Shown piece after piece: positions 10,685-20,602 of a stretch of DNA of 64,000 nucleotides (the first letter of the stretch is position 1; every line of letters starts with the position of its first letter). Under the pieces are notes generated by a model. It saw only the letters and a list, made by a program, of their open reading frames with translations. It was not told the DNA's origin and made no database searches. The position numbers were made by a program, and so were the translations under genes. The DNA lies in IMG/VR virus record IMGVR_UViG_3300009430_000004, positions 1 to 64,000 of that record; one strand, written 5' to 3'.

Positions 10685-12391
10685 TTATACAGTTTTTCTT
10701 CCGAAGTCGTTGTTCGTTAATTTGAACTCGCCTTGTACTGGAAGAACTTCTGTAGTCAAGTATCTTGAAGTACCCATTACGTTTGGTGTTAATGGTGTGA
10801 ATGGGTTTCTGTAGATATTTTCAATGTTCAAGCTGTACTTGTAGTGCTTGAATGTTATTACTTCTTTGCTTAATGGGTAAGCGATAACTCTTATTCCTTT
10901 TTCCTTTGGAACCTTTAATGAGCTAACTACGTGAACACGGTTCTTGTTAGTTGTCATAACACCGAACCTGTAGTCAAGCTGGATTCCACCGATCTTAGTA
11001 TCTTCGTCAATTACCCACTTAACATCATCCTGAATGAGAGTAATGTTATTTGGATGACCATAAGCTACGAACATAATGTCTGTAGTCTTAAGCTTGGTCT
11101 TTAACTCATCAATCATTCTGTTGAGGTAGTATTTCATTTCCTGCATCCATTGTGAAGTTGTTACAAACACATTTGCAGGTGGTGTGCAGCTAAATTCGAA
11201 TGTTTCAACGAATCCATCGCTGTATCCGAATGGAAGGTCTTTCTTTCCTTTCCATTTTGTTAAGCTGTCATCAAGGAAGCTCATGATTGAGCTGTCTTCG
11301 AACTGAGTTAATACTGTACTCATGTCAGAAATAACTTCAGTTGTGATGTCCAGATCAAATAATGCCTTGTAGTCCTTAATCTTTTCGATAGTTAAACCAG
11401 TGTTGATTCTCTGACCATCAGGAATCTTCCACTCCTTAACTTCTCTTTCTCTATCAAGTTCTACTGTTTCCAAGTTATTTTCATTGGACAGATGTCCTCC
11501 GAATCTTACTTTCTTTATTTTTCCACCAGTTGAAGCAACTGATACTGATCCAGTGTAGAAGTCTACCTGTCCAGTGATTATGTCCTCAACCTTTGCAGCT
11601 TCTGCTCCTTCAGTCTTAATTCTGTATGTGAAGGAATTGTTAGCTCCCATATCAGGCTGGATGTTAAGACCATCAATAGTCTTTAATTCAACTCCGCCGC
11701 CTGCTTTTGGTACTTCGATTTGAACTGCTTCTACGCAGAAATCATATGCTAAGCTGTCTCTTGTTTCAAGAGATCCGCCTGAAAGCTGAAGTATTGTAAG
11801 GTCTTGTATTGGAAGAGCTGTGCCGTCTCCAGTTGGATACCAGGCATTGCTTACTACCTTACCTTTTGTTTTGTCAACTACTTTCTTGTAGTCGTCATTG
11901 TAGAATATTTCTGGAATGTAGTATTTAGTTCCAGTTTTATCCTTTAAGAATTTTCTTTCAAAAGCCATTTTAACGATTGGCTTAGTTGGAACCTCAGTCA
12001 TTACTATGTCCTTTGAATGGCACTCAAGATAATTCTTCTTGAGGATTGGCAGAGACACACCTACTATTGGTGCAAGCTGAGCTACAGAAGATTCTCTAAC
12101 GATTTCTGTGGAAGAGTTTTCAAAAAGCTGCTCTAATTTGCTCGGTATCATTGCATAGTATGGATCATCAAAACTTTCAGTGAGTACGTCGCCTATAAGC
12201 CTCTCTTTATAATCTTCCTTCAGAGCATCAACCTTCAGAATCTTAACTATATCATCTACAGCGTCAACGGAGTATGCTCCTCTGAATCCTTCTAGAAGGC
12301 TTTTAATACCATTCTTGAAGTCGACATTTTTGTCTGTAACGAAAGAACCAACAACTCTAGTAGGTTGCTGTTCATCTAAGTATTCATACAT
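10685..12391 (-). CDS. Major capsid protein
   Basis: 568 aa with highly expressed codon usage, its own late promoter and terminator, and neighbouring protease. Probable propeptide with VLTE|S and IVRE|S sites. Confidence 0.78.
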   Translation of the reverse strand: MYEYLDEQQPTRVVGSFVTDKNVDFKNGIKSLLEGFRGAYSVDAVDDIVKILKVDALKEDYKERLIGDVLTESFDDPYYAMIPSKLEQLFENSSTEIVRESSVAQLAPIVGVSLPILKKNYLECHSKDIVMTEVPTKPIVKMAFERKFLKDKTGTKYYIPEIFYNDDYKKVVDKTKGKVVSNAWYPTGDGTALPIQDLTILQLSGGSLETRDSLAYDFCVEAVQIEVPKAGGGVELKTIDGLNIQPDMGANNSFTYRIKTEGAEAAKVEDIITGQVDFYTGSVSVASTGGKIKKVRFGGHLSNENNLETVELDREREVKEWKIPDGQRINTGLTIEKIKDYKALFDLDITTEVISDMSTVLTQFEDSSIMSFLDDSLTKWKGKKDLPFGYSDGFVETFEFSCTPPANVFVTTSQWMQEMKYYLNRMIDELKTKLKTTDIMFVAYGHPNNITLIQDDVKWVIDEDTKIGGIQLDYRFGVMTTNKNRVHVVSSLKVPKEKGIRVIAYPLSKEVITFKHYKYSLNIENIYRNPFTPLTPNVMGTSRYLTTEVLPVQGEFKLTNNDFGRKTV

Positions 12392-12421
12392 GATTATACA
12401 CTTCCCTTCAATTAGTTTTTT

Positions 12422-12433
12422 TATATATTTGTT
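12422..12433 (-). promoter_or_regulatory. Late promoter (major capsid)
   Basis: Minus strand AACA AATATA TA. Confidence 0.75.
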
Positions 12434-12436
12434 TTG

Positions 12437-13252
12437 TTAATTAGAGATGAAAACACTTATTTTTTTTAGCATTTCAACATTAATCTTGAACGCCTCCAAA
12501 AAATAATTATATTGGTAGAGATTATTCACGTACTTATTATTGGAAAAAGCACATGTAATGAACTCAAATAATTGTTTTTGGAGTGTTGACAAGTTTGAGA
12601 TAACTTGTGTTATTATCTTATTAACAAAAATGTCCGTTTTATCAATGTTTGTTAATTTTGATATAGAATTCTTCGTTAAATAGTATAATGATACGAAATC
12701 TTCCAAAATCAATCGGTTTTTATCAGTATCATTCGCATCTGATCCATCATCTGCATCAGTTTCAGTACCGTCACTGCCGTCAGCAGTATCATCGGAACCG
12801 TAATTAACACTATCATCAGTTTCGTCACCTGCACCGTCGGTGTAATCAGTTGATCCATCACCTTCGTCACCAGTGTCTTCACTGTCATTTGTTTCATCAC
12901 CCCCATCACCCTCTTCGTCAGTATAGTCAGTGGTTTCACCTTCACCTTCTTCAGGGTCGGTTTCGTCTTGGGTTGCCTGGTTGTCGTCTGAATTCTCAGT
13001 AGGTTCAACTTCTTCTTCTTCGGATGTGTAATCAGTTACTTCTTGGTCATCTAGGTTATCATTAGTTTCCTGGGTTTCACCCTCATTACCAGTATCTTGA
13101 TTTTCAACATCTTCATCTTCATCTCGTTGAGCTTCTACATCGTCAGTATAATCTTTTTTATCTACACCTGAATCAACCTTAATAACTTTTTTCCTTTTAG
13201 TAGGTTTTGACCCAGGGGTTTTAGCTTCAAGGAGGATATTCAAAAAGTCCAT
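12437..13252 (-). CDS. Acidic low-complexity head protein (scaffold/core candidate)
   Basis: Start refined to MDFLNILLE after a GGAGGTG RBS. About 140-aa D/E/T/G-rich linker with repeated DYT motifs. Confidence 0.55.
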   Translation of the reverse strand: MDFLNILLEAKTPGSKPTKRKKVIKVDSGVDKKDYTDDVEAQRDEDEDVENQDTGNEGETQETNDNLDDQEVTDYTSEEEEVEPTENSDDNQATQDETDPEEGEGETTDYTDEEGDGGDETNDSEDTGDEGDGSTDYTDGAGDETDDSVNYGSDDTADGSDGTETDADDGSDANDTDKNRLILEDFVSLYYLTKNSISKLTNIDKTDIFVNKIITQVISNLSTLQKQLFEFITCAFSNNKYVNNLYQYNYFLEAFKINVEMLKKISVFISN

Positions 13253-13265
13253 ATTATTACACCTC

Positions 13266-14891
13266 CTAATCCAATCTGTACTTAATTCTTGTAATGTCAT
13301 CCTCTAATCTGTTTTTGATTCTCATAAGCTCATATTTTTCTTTTCTCTTTTGGTCACCTTTAGCATCCTCAATCTTTTCACTAACGATTACCAATTCATT
13401 TTCAAGCTCATGAAGGATTTCTTTTCTTACTTTGTCATCTGCTTTTTTGTCCATAGCAACACTAACAAGGAATCCAATAGCAGCTAATGCAGGATGTACG
13501 GCAAATGCAGCACCAAGACCTATCGCATTTCTTATTATCTTAAATAACTTATAGCGATATTTCCCTTCGATTATTCTGCGTCTTCTTTCATCCTTATCAA
13601 CTTTCTTGATACTATCTATCGTGCTATTAACAAGATTATCTACATGTTCAGGTATCTTCTTAGCGACTGTTGTTACATGCTTAGCATCATCACCAGCCTT
13701 CTTAATACCATGTACAGTTTTTCTGGAGATTTCCTCTCCTTTTAAGGCAGCCTTTCGAGCAATCTTACCTACTATTCCTTCAGTAACTACTCTATCATAT
13801 TGATAAGCTATTCTTATCATGTTATTAAAGTTTTCCATCTGGGCTTCTGTCATCTCACTGTCATCTTCGAAATCATCAAGGAATGCTTCTAAAAATTCAA
13901 TTGAGAAGTTTAATGCAAGTTCATCCACTTCTGGATCTTCTTCGTCAATATCATCTTCGCAACAATCTACTTCACCCATTTCTTCGAGTTCCTGCCCAAG
14001 ATTTCCTTCTTTAACAGCCTTAGTAGTTTTCTTAGAAGGCTTATAACCATCTAATTGTGCCTTAGCTTCCTTGAGAGATTTAAGATATTCTTCAAGCATA
14101 CCCTTTTTATCACTCGGTGCTGAGGCTATTCCTTCTTCGACTCTTTTGATTTCTCTATCAATTGCAGCATTGTATGACTTAATATATTTCTTATTAATTC
14201 CATCACTTAATAGCTTTGAAACTAATAATAATGGTAAAGAAACTATAAGCGTAACAGCAACACCAGTTAATACCACAGTAATCCCTAATACAAGGGCTGT
14301 GTTCTTTACTAATGTCGGAACAAAGTTAATTGCTGCTGTTCCAGCTTTCCATGCTTTGATTTCATCAACCAATCTTTCATACTCATTGATTACTTCTGGT
14401 TGATGATTAATATTTTGGATAACTTTATCCAAGCTATTAGTTATGGTAGACTCCATAAGAGTGGATTTAGGTAAAAAGTTTATATGCATATTGTAAATAA
14501 GATTCTCTCTGACATATTTAAGATTATCTTTTTTACTAAGCTCTGCATTGATAAACTCGGCACACTCATTAAGCCTATCTAAATGAACAGGATTATTATA
14601 CCCGTTTGTACGACACTTACTTATATACTTATCTAAACCTTCTTTTTGTACCCTCAATTGGGCTGCTGACAAATCGTTAGTTCTCAACACAGCCATAATG
14701 AAGTCGGCACCAGAGCGAGGCTCGGAATAAATATATTGAGCATTTTCCAGTATTACATCACTGGACTGATGTCTTACGAAATCAAGATATCTAATGGAAT
14801 TCTCTAAGGTATAATTGTCTCTTAAAATCTCAAATTGTTTTTGAATGGGAGATTTTTTACCATCAAGAACCCTCTTTGTATTAATATTCAT
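13266..14891 (-). CDS. Internal head/virion protein
   Basis: Start refined to MNINTKRV (GGGAGTGA RBS, late promoter 14918-14929). Multiple hydrophobic-x-E|S/G sites. Confidence 0.6.
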   Translation of the reverse strand: MNINTKRVLDGKKSPIQKQFEILRDNYTLENSIRYLDFVRHQSSDVILENAQYIYSEPRSGADFIMAVLRTNDLSAAQLRVQKEGLDKYISKCRTNGYNNPVHLDRLNECAEFINAELSKKDNLKYVRENLIYNMHINFLPKSTLMESTITNSLDKVIQNINHQPEVINEYERLVDEIKAWKAGTAAINFVPTLVKNTALVLGITVVLTGVAVTLIVSLPLLLVSKLLSDGINKKYIKSYNAAIDREIKRVEEGIASAPSDKKGMLEEYLKSLKEAKAQLDGYKPSKKTTKAVKEGNLGQELEEMGEVDCCEDDIDEEDPEVDELALNFSIEFLEAFLDDFEDDSEMTEAQMENFNNMIRIAYQYDRVVTEGIVGKIARKAALKGEEISRKTVHGIKKAGDDAKHVTTVAKKIPEHVDNLVNSTIDSIKKVDKDERRRRIIEGKYRYKLFKIIRNAIGLGAAFAVHPALAAIGFLVSVAMDKKADDKVRKEILHELENELVIVSEKIEDAKGDQKRKEKYELMRIKNRLEDDITRIKYRLD

Positions 14892-14972
14892 CTTATCACT
14901 CCCTTTCCAAATAATATTAAATATTTGTTTAACTAGAAAAAAATAAAGACACTCTTTATAATTTCGTTTATC

Positions 14973-14984
14973 AACAATAAAATA
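14973..14984 (+). promoter_or_regulatory. Late promoter (prohead protease)
   Basis: AACA ATAAAA TA, divergent from a second late promoter at 14918-14929. Confidence 0.7.
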
Positions 14985-15012
14985 ATAATTTTGAGGCAAA
15001 GGAGTGAGAATC

Positions 15013-15846
15013 ATGATAAAGCAAGAAGTTGCTGCTTATCTTATTATGGAAGCTACTACGGAACCCATGAAGCCGCAGAATCTTCAAATATATGATAAGA
15101 ACGGCTTATTTTATTTAAGATTTTTAACAACTCTCCAAGAGTTTAATGTTAGAAATAGAAATGGAAGAATATATTCTGGCAATCCTATGATAGAGTCACT
15201 AAGAGCACCTCATGTTACCGAGCTTGTCACCAATAAGACATGGTTGGGTGAAGCAGGACATCCGATGACGGATGATGTTAAGAGAATTCTTACAATTGAT
15301 CCTAAGCTCACATCACATAGAATTAACTGGTGGAATGCCCAGGGTAACTTCTTAAAGGGTGAAGTTGAAACCCTTGATGACGGTGCTCATGGTACTCAAA
15401 TGACCAAAAATATTCTCCAAGGTATGGAACCAGCCTTCAGCTTAAGAGCATTAGCTCAATTAATTAAGCAAGGTGATGGTACTCAATTAATGAATTCAAG
15501 AGCACATATAGTAACTTACGACTGGGTAATTCTTCCTAGCCATAAGACTGCATACAGAGACCAGTCCAAGCCTATTGAAAAAGTTATTAGAAATATCGAG
15601 CTTGCTGGTAACTCAGTTCAGGAATGTGCATTAATGCCTGTACAAGAATCTCAGATTGTTGACTTCATTAAGATGGAGTCTAAGAATGTTAGACTTGTAT
15701 CCAATGTATGTGAGGTAGCAATGGAGTCTATGACATTGTCAAAGGATCTCAAGAATGTTATCCTCAGAGAAGGTGGATTAACCTATGTGGTTAAAGTCGA
15801 AGACAAGATAAAGAGAGATGTATCAAGATTTATGTCAAAGTTATAA
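15013..15846 (+). CDS. Prohead protease (T4 gp21/phiKZ gp175 family)
   Basis: NRNGRIY, WLGEAGHP (catalytic His) and AFSLRA (catalytic Ser). Confidence 0.85.
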   Translation: MIKQEVAAYLIMEATTEPMKPQNLQIYDKNGLFYLRFLTTLQEFNVRNRNGRIYSGNPMIESLRAPHVTELVTNKTWLGEAGHPMTDDVKRILTIDPKLTSHRINWWNAQGNFLKGEVETLDDGAHGTQMTKNILQGMEPAFSLRALAQLIKQGDGTQLMNSRAHIVTYDWVILPSHKTAYRDQSKPIEKVIRNIELAGNSVQECALMPVQESQIVDFIKMESKNVRLVSNVCEVAMESMTLSKDLKNVILREGGLTYVVKVEDKIKRDVSRFMSKL

Positions 15847-15856
15847 AGGGAAAAAA

Positions 15857-15889
15857 ATAAGGACTAGGGGTTATCCCCTAGTCCTTATT
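15857..15889. terminator. Bidirectional terminator
   Basis: AATAAGGACTAGGGG-ttat-CCCCTAGTCCTTATT. Confidence 0.9.
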
Positions 15890-16577
15890 ATTTAACTTCT
15901 AGCTTCTTTTCTTTCATAAGCTTCTTAACTACCTTTTTAAGTTTAGCTTTACTATTACTTATTTTAATCAGCTTTCTAACTGATTTATCAAATAATTTAA
16001 CACTCTCATTGAGGTGTAATTTACATTTACCTTCTCCTTTCTCTTTAAAGTCTTCTCTTAAAATATTGTGTATTTTATCTATCTCTTTCTTTACAATCTT
16101 CTTTTTATTAACACCCCAGTTACGCTCTATCATTCCAAGACCGTTTTGCTTTAAGTTACTATACTTATCAGCATCCGATAATATTTTACCTAATAGACTT
16201 TTCTCAGTTGTAACAGTTCTTGGGTGTTCATATATTGCAGTACATATTACCTTAATATCATCTTGACTTAAGTGTTTGCATATGCTCATAGTCTTCAGTT
16301 CTTTAGAAGCTATAACTGCTGAATGCCAGTTATGATTTGCAGCTTCAATCTCTCTACCAATATCATGGTATGCACAAGCAATGAATACTAATTCTATATT
16401 AGGATATTCACTCATTAGTGCTATATTACACCCTGCTTTTATGGTATCTTTTATATGTTTAAATCCGTGTTTATCACTGAATTTACTATATCTCTTGTAT
16501 AATACTTCATTTACATAATCCCAAACTTCTTTACTAATGTAATCTTTGAATCTTTTATACTTTTTCATTCTTGTCAT
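15888..16577 (-). CDS. HD-domain phosphohydrolase
   Basis: HGFKHI ... AYHDIG ... HNWHSA ... IYEH ... LSDADK. Start probably at MTRMKKY rather than at the ORF-track start. Confidence 0.8.
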   Translation of the reverse strand: MTRMKKYKRFKDYISKEVWDYVNEVLYKRYSKFSDKHGFKHIKDTIKAGCNIALMSEYPNIELVFIACAYHDIGREIEAANHNWHSAVIASKELKTMSICKHLSQDDIKVICTAIYEHPRTVTTEKSLLGKILSDADKYSNLKQNGLGMIERNWGVNKKKIVKKEIDKIHNILREDFKEKGEGKCKLHLNESVKLFDKSVRKLIKISNSKAKLKKVVKKLMKEKKLEVK

Positions 16578-16650
16578 CTTCTTTCTATATAAATTATTTT
16601 TGATTTCTTTACATATATATAATATGTAATTATAAAAAGGGGTGATTTTA

Positions 16651-17373
16651 ATGAATCCGAGCAAGTTATTAACAAAGATAAAGATGGACTTAGGAATATA
16701 TGGTATGGCTCTCCCTTTTAAAGATGGGGATAAATCCCTATATGATGTCTTTACTATAAAGAGCATTCCAACATTCAGTATCTACTGTCCTTATGTAATG
16801 AAATTAAATCTGAACTTGAACGAATTAACATGTTTAAAATCAGATTATAGTGAATCTATTTATGAACTACCAGATGTATTTGGCGATAAGGAAATTCTAT
16901 ATGTTAGAAAGGTATCACCACGAAATAGATTTGCTGGTAGTGGTAATGTGAGTAGTATATTTGACGACTCACTTGATGTGTATAATCAGCTTATGATGAC
17001 TCAGGCTAACGCTAATTTAGTATCTCTTGCAACTCCAGCATTGACATTTAAGTTTATGGAGCCAAGAAACTTGCATATATACAATATGTCATCTGTTTAT
17101 GGCGAGATAGACATAGAGTTAGCATTTGAGCACGCTGATAATATGCTTACAATTCCAAAGACTGCGGCTGAAAGTTTCTATGAATTGGCTATATTGGATA
17201 TAAAAATGTTCCTATATAACAACTTGAAACTTGTATCTGATATACAAACCGCATACGGAACTATATCATTAAAAATTGATGAATGGTCTAGTGCCGAAAA
17301 TGATAGAAGGGACCTTCTCGAAAGATGGAAGGACTTATACCATTTAGACACAGAGCAATTCTTTATCATCTAA
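16651..17373 (+). CDS. Putative neck/head-completion protein
   Basis: AAGGGGTGA RBS. Position and length resemble neck (T4 gp13-like) proteins; assignment is by resemblance only. Confidence 0.45.
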   Translation: MNPSKLLTKIKMDLGIYGMALPFKDGDKSLYDVFTIKSIPTFSIYCPYVMKLNLNLNELTCLKSDYSESIYELPDVFGDKEILYVRKVSPRNRFAGSGNVSSIFDDSLDVYNQLMMTQANANLVSLATPALTFKFMEPRNLHIYNMSSVYGEIDIELAFEHADNMLTIPKTAAESFYELAILDIKMFLYNNLKLVSDIQTAYGTISLKIDEWSSAENDRRDLLERWKDLYHLDTEQFFII

Positions 17374-17476
17374 CACAAAAAAATATTCCAGTAATACTAA
17401 ATGTATTACTGGATATTTTCTTTTTGTGTGGTGTGGGTTTCATTCAAAGAATTGTTACCCACTTAATAAAAAGTTA

Positions 17477-18940
17477 CTAATCATGATTTTCCTCTTGAGG
17501 AACATAGTCAAGTTCTAGTAACTTAACACATTTTTGCTTAAATATCTTCTGACGAGATTTATACATTTCATATACTCGTTTGAAACCCTTATCAACAAGT
17601 TCAATGTGGAATGTATATTCATCAGGACCATACTCCCTCAAACGACCTGCTGTTTGATTAGCAGTAATTGGGGAAGTATAAGGTTCTGTCATCACATTAA
17701 ATCTCAATCCAGGAATATCAATTCCTGTACCTAATGACTTAGGTGTTGATGATATAATATCACTCGTTAAAGATTTCATCTTTACTTCTTCTGATACAGT
17801 TGAGTTATATATACCAATTGTCTTATCAGTATAATTTTCACCCAAATATTTATAAATAACTTCAGTTGCTTCTATCTTTGAGAATAGAAGCAATGTTTTA
17901 CCGTCTTTTTTCTTGAAGTAATCTAATACAAATTTTATCACATCATAGAATATTGGTTGGTTTAATTCATAGTCTATATACTTATTTCTATCAAACCCAT
18001 GAGGTCCTTTAATACTAGCCTGTATTGCTAGACTTGGTTTAGAATTAAACATAACCGCCACATACACTATGTGTTTTCTTTTCTCTTGTCGAGTTTCAAG
18101 TCCGAACCTTGCTATATTCTTAAAGCAAAGATTAAATAACTTATTCTCTTTATAATTTGACCTTTCAAAGTTAGCTGTCAGATAGATTGTCTTCTTAGTG
18201 TTGGTGTGAAGGTCAACACTCAATGTATTTTCAAAATACTTGTGAGCTTCATCTATAACCTTAGCACCTATCTTTATCTTATTAAAGAATTCACCTAAAG
18301 CATCCCATCCGTGTTTCTTAGCATAACTCTGAAGTGTACCATGATTAACAAAGAACATCTTATACTTTAAATCTGAATCTTTTAACTTCATTATTCTTTC
18401 TATAGTTGAACTTCCGTCGACATTACATAGGAATTTTTCGTCCAAGTCTGTCATCTTTAATACAGATAACATCCACTGTTTCTTTAATTCATCTATATGT
18501 GTTATTATCAGTGACCTAACCTTCATAAAGGTTAACGCTGCAATAACACAATATGTTTTTCCATCACCAGTCTGTAATTCTAATGCTTGTTGAGAATACT
18601 TCTTAGTATATGAAAAATCCCCCTCACCTAGTAGGTAAGAGATTGCTTTCTTCTGCACATCATCTCTAGGCTCAACTTTTAGTCTAAATGATGCTACTTC
18701 ATAAGGGTCTGGTTTATAATCAACCTCGATGTTTCGTCTAAAAGCTCTTTCGAGGTAACTTAAATCCAAACCCCTCGGTACTAATAATTGTTTTTTATCT
18801 TCATCGTAATGAAATCCTATGGGGTCATAGCGATAACAAGTATCGTTCCATACGGATAACATTTTTTCTAGATGCTCGTTATCACCCAATGTATAATCAG
18901 GTATAACGATAGACGTATGTTTTACCTTTATTATACTCAC
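17477..18940 (-). CDS. SF2 (UvsW-like) DNA helicase
   Basis: Walker A LQTGDGKT, DEAH box VIDEAHK, motif III LTAN, GTGIDIP, and motif VI QTAGRLR. Confidence 0.88.
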   Translation of the reverse strand: MSIIKVKHTSIVIPDYTLGDNEHLEKMLSVWNDTCYRYDPIGFHYDEDKKQLLVPRGLDLSYLERAFRRNIEVDYKPDPYEVASFRLKVEPRDDVQKKAISYLLGEGDFSYTKKYSQQALELQTGDGKTYCVIAALTFMKVRSLIITHIDELKKQWMLSVLKMTDLDEKFLCNVDGSSTIERIMKLKDSDLKYKMFFVNHGTLQSYAKKHGWDALGEFFNKIKIGAKVIDEAHKYFENTLSVDLHTNTKKTIYLTANFERSNYKENKLFNLCFKNIARFGLETRQEKRKHIVYVAVMFNSKPSLAIQASIKGPHGFDRNKYIDYELNQPIFYDVIKFVLDYFKKKDGKTLLLFSKIEATEVIYKYLGENYTDKTIGIYNSTVSEEVKMKSLTSDIISSTPKSLGTGIDIPGLRFNVMTEPYTSPITANQTAGRLREYGPDEYTFHIELVDKGFKRVYEMYKSRQKIFKQKCVKLLELDYVPQEENHD

Positions 18941-19392
18941 TCTTGGTAATCCTCCAATCTTCCTTTTAAGTCTTTACTATAATAGGCTTCTACAGGTTTC
19001 CTCAGTAACTCAAGTAGGTTATGTCCTGATTCAGGGTCTTTAGCTTCAACCTTCATTAAAATCCTAGTTAATGCAGGATTTTCATGTTGGTAACAATCAA
19101 TTTTGGTTATATTGAATTTGACATCCCTCAATTGCATAACTAATTCAAACCCTAATCCAAATCCAAAAGCATTTGGTTGCATAAATACAGCCATGTTTTC
19201 TCCAGCCATCCTAATTGTACTAAGTTCTTCTAAATACTTTATATGGCTTTCATATCTCTCTGTCATTGCTCGAAGCCCTTCAGCGTGCTCATCTTTTAGT
19301 TTCTGAATATCTAATTCAGAATATTTAGGTCTACATAAATTATACTCCTCTGGAGTCATATTGCTCATATTTTCATTTTCCATGTTCTTCAC
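18937..19392 (-). CDS. Hypothetical early protein
   Basis: GGAGGTGA RBS with early promoter at 19403-19412. Confidence 0.6.
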   Translation of the reverse strand: MKNMENENMSNMTPEEYNLCRPKYSELDIQKLKDEHAEGLRAMTERYESHIKYLEELSTIRMAGENMAVFMQPNAFGFGLGFELVMQLRDVKFNITKIDCYQHENPALTRILMKVEAKDPESGHNLLELLRKPVEAYYSKDLKGRLEDYQE

Positions 19393-19402
19393 CTCCGTTA
19401 TT

Positions 19403-19412
19403 ATAATATATA
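19403..19412 (-). promoter_or_regulatory. Early promoter TATATATTAT
   Basis: Exact motif copy upstream of an RBS; 11 intergenic copies in the window. Confidence 0.7.
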
Positions 19413-19413
19413 T

Positions 19414-20130
19414 CTATATAATAAGTTTCTTGCATTTGCAAGTACCGTCTTTAAAACTCTCACAAGGTATAACGATACCATTTGACATTACAACAATCTT
19501 CTCAACACCAGCGGTACACTCATGTTGGAAAGGTAAACCAAATATTACATTGTCATATGATTTCAATTTCTTGTGTAGAGCAATCAATTGTTTATCAGTT
19601 GGTACAAGGTCTGTATGTTCCAAACATCTTCCTTGTTCAACTAACTTAAGAATCTTTATCTTTGGTAATTCCAGTACAGATGACAGATATGCCACCAAGT
19701 CTGGTATTTCAGCTATATTAGCTGTTGTTGCAACTATATGGATTGTTGGATCAATACAAATGCTTGTATATCTCCCCAATAAGTGCATAGGATAATATTT
19801 TGTTTGAGTAATATAGTGGTTAGCGGTATTGTCAAGACTATATATGCTAATACAAATTTCATCAATCTTTTGAAATCCTGTATAAAATTGTGTTGTATAT
19901 AACCTAACCTTAGCCCCATAACTTTTTATAATCTTAATGATATCATCTAAATCTTCTCTTAGGCAAGGTTCTCCCCCACTTATATTAACCCATTTAGGTT
20001 TATATGTTTCCATTATAAAAATGATTGTATCCATATCTAAATTGTGCTCTTCACCTTCATTTGCCCTAGTAGAACAATGAAGACATTTACGAACACATTG
20101 GTTAGTTAACTCTAGAACTACTTCTTCCAT
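19414..20130 (-). CDS. Radical SAM protein with short SPASM/twitch-like C-terminus
   Basis: CxxxCxxC (CVRKCLHC), ISGGEP, and CTAG..IVVMSNGIVIPC. Confidence 0.85.
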   Translation of the reverse strand: MEEVVLELTNQCVRKCLHCSTRANEGEEHNLDMDTIIFIMETYKPKWVNISGGEPCLREDLDDIIKIIKSYGAKVRLYTTQFYTGFQKIDEICISIYSLDNTANHYITQTKYYPMHLLGRYTSICIDPTIHIVATTANIAEIPDLVAYLSSVLELPKIKILKLVEQGRCLEHTDLVPTDKQLIALHKKLKSYDNVIFGLPFQHECTAGVEKIVVMSNGIVIPCESFKDGTCKCKKLII

Positions 20131-20245
20131 TATAATCCCATCTTCCCCTTATTCTTATATAAAAGTTTCTTATGTAATAAAAATATAAAAAAATAAAGAC
20201 TAGAAGACTAAGGGAGTCTTCTAGTCGCCGTTCATATAAGGATAA

Positions 20246-20536
20246 CTACAATTTTGTGTCACCATCACCCTTATTATCAACTTGTTCTTCTTGTATATTT
20301 TCATCAGTCTCAACAATAATATCATGACATAATTCTACACTTTCGTCACAAATATATACTCCTGGACCAGCTATTAACCTTTTAATAGCAGATTGACTCT
20401 TACCGCAAAAAGAGCAGTGAAGTTCTTTGTTCTTAAAAGGCATAGTCAATTTATCATATTTCTTCGCTTTCTCCATAATAAGATATAAAGCATCTACATT
20501 TGGATCTTTTTGTTGAGTATCTTTACCCCAAAGCAT
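20246..20536 (-). CDS. Stand-alone ClpX C4-type zinc-binding-domain protein
   Basis: [30 protein letters not shown] closely follows the ClpX N-domain. No AAA+ module. Confidence 0.8.
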   Translation of the reverse strand: MLWGKDTQQKDPNVDALYLIMEKAKKYDKLTMPFKNKELHCSFCGKSQSAIKRLIAGPGVYICDESVELCHDIIVETDENIQEEQVDNKGDGDTKL

Positions 20537-20570
20537 TTATACCATCCCTTCCTTTTTAAAAAATCATAAA

Positions 20571-20600
20571 ATAATGGACTGGCGTTAACCAGTCCATTAT
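20571..20600 (-). terminator. Terminator after tad1
   Basis: ATAATGGACTGG-cgttaa-CCAGTCCATTAT. Confidence 0.85.
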
Positions 20601-20602
20601 TA

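Noticed and set aside
13266-16766. Long N-terminal extensions of ORFs 13266-15014, 12437-13300 and 15888-16766
   Set aside because: They run through neighbouring genes or promoters, and internal RBS-linked starts explain the true genes.
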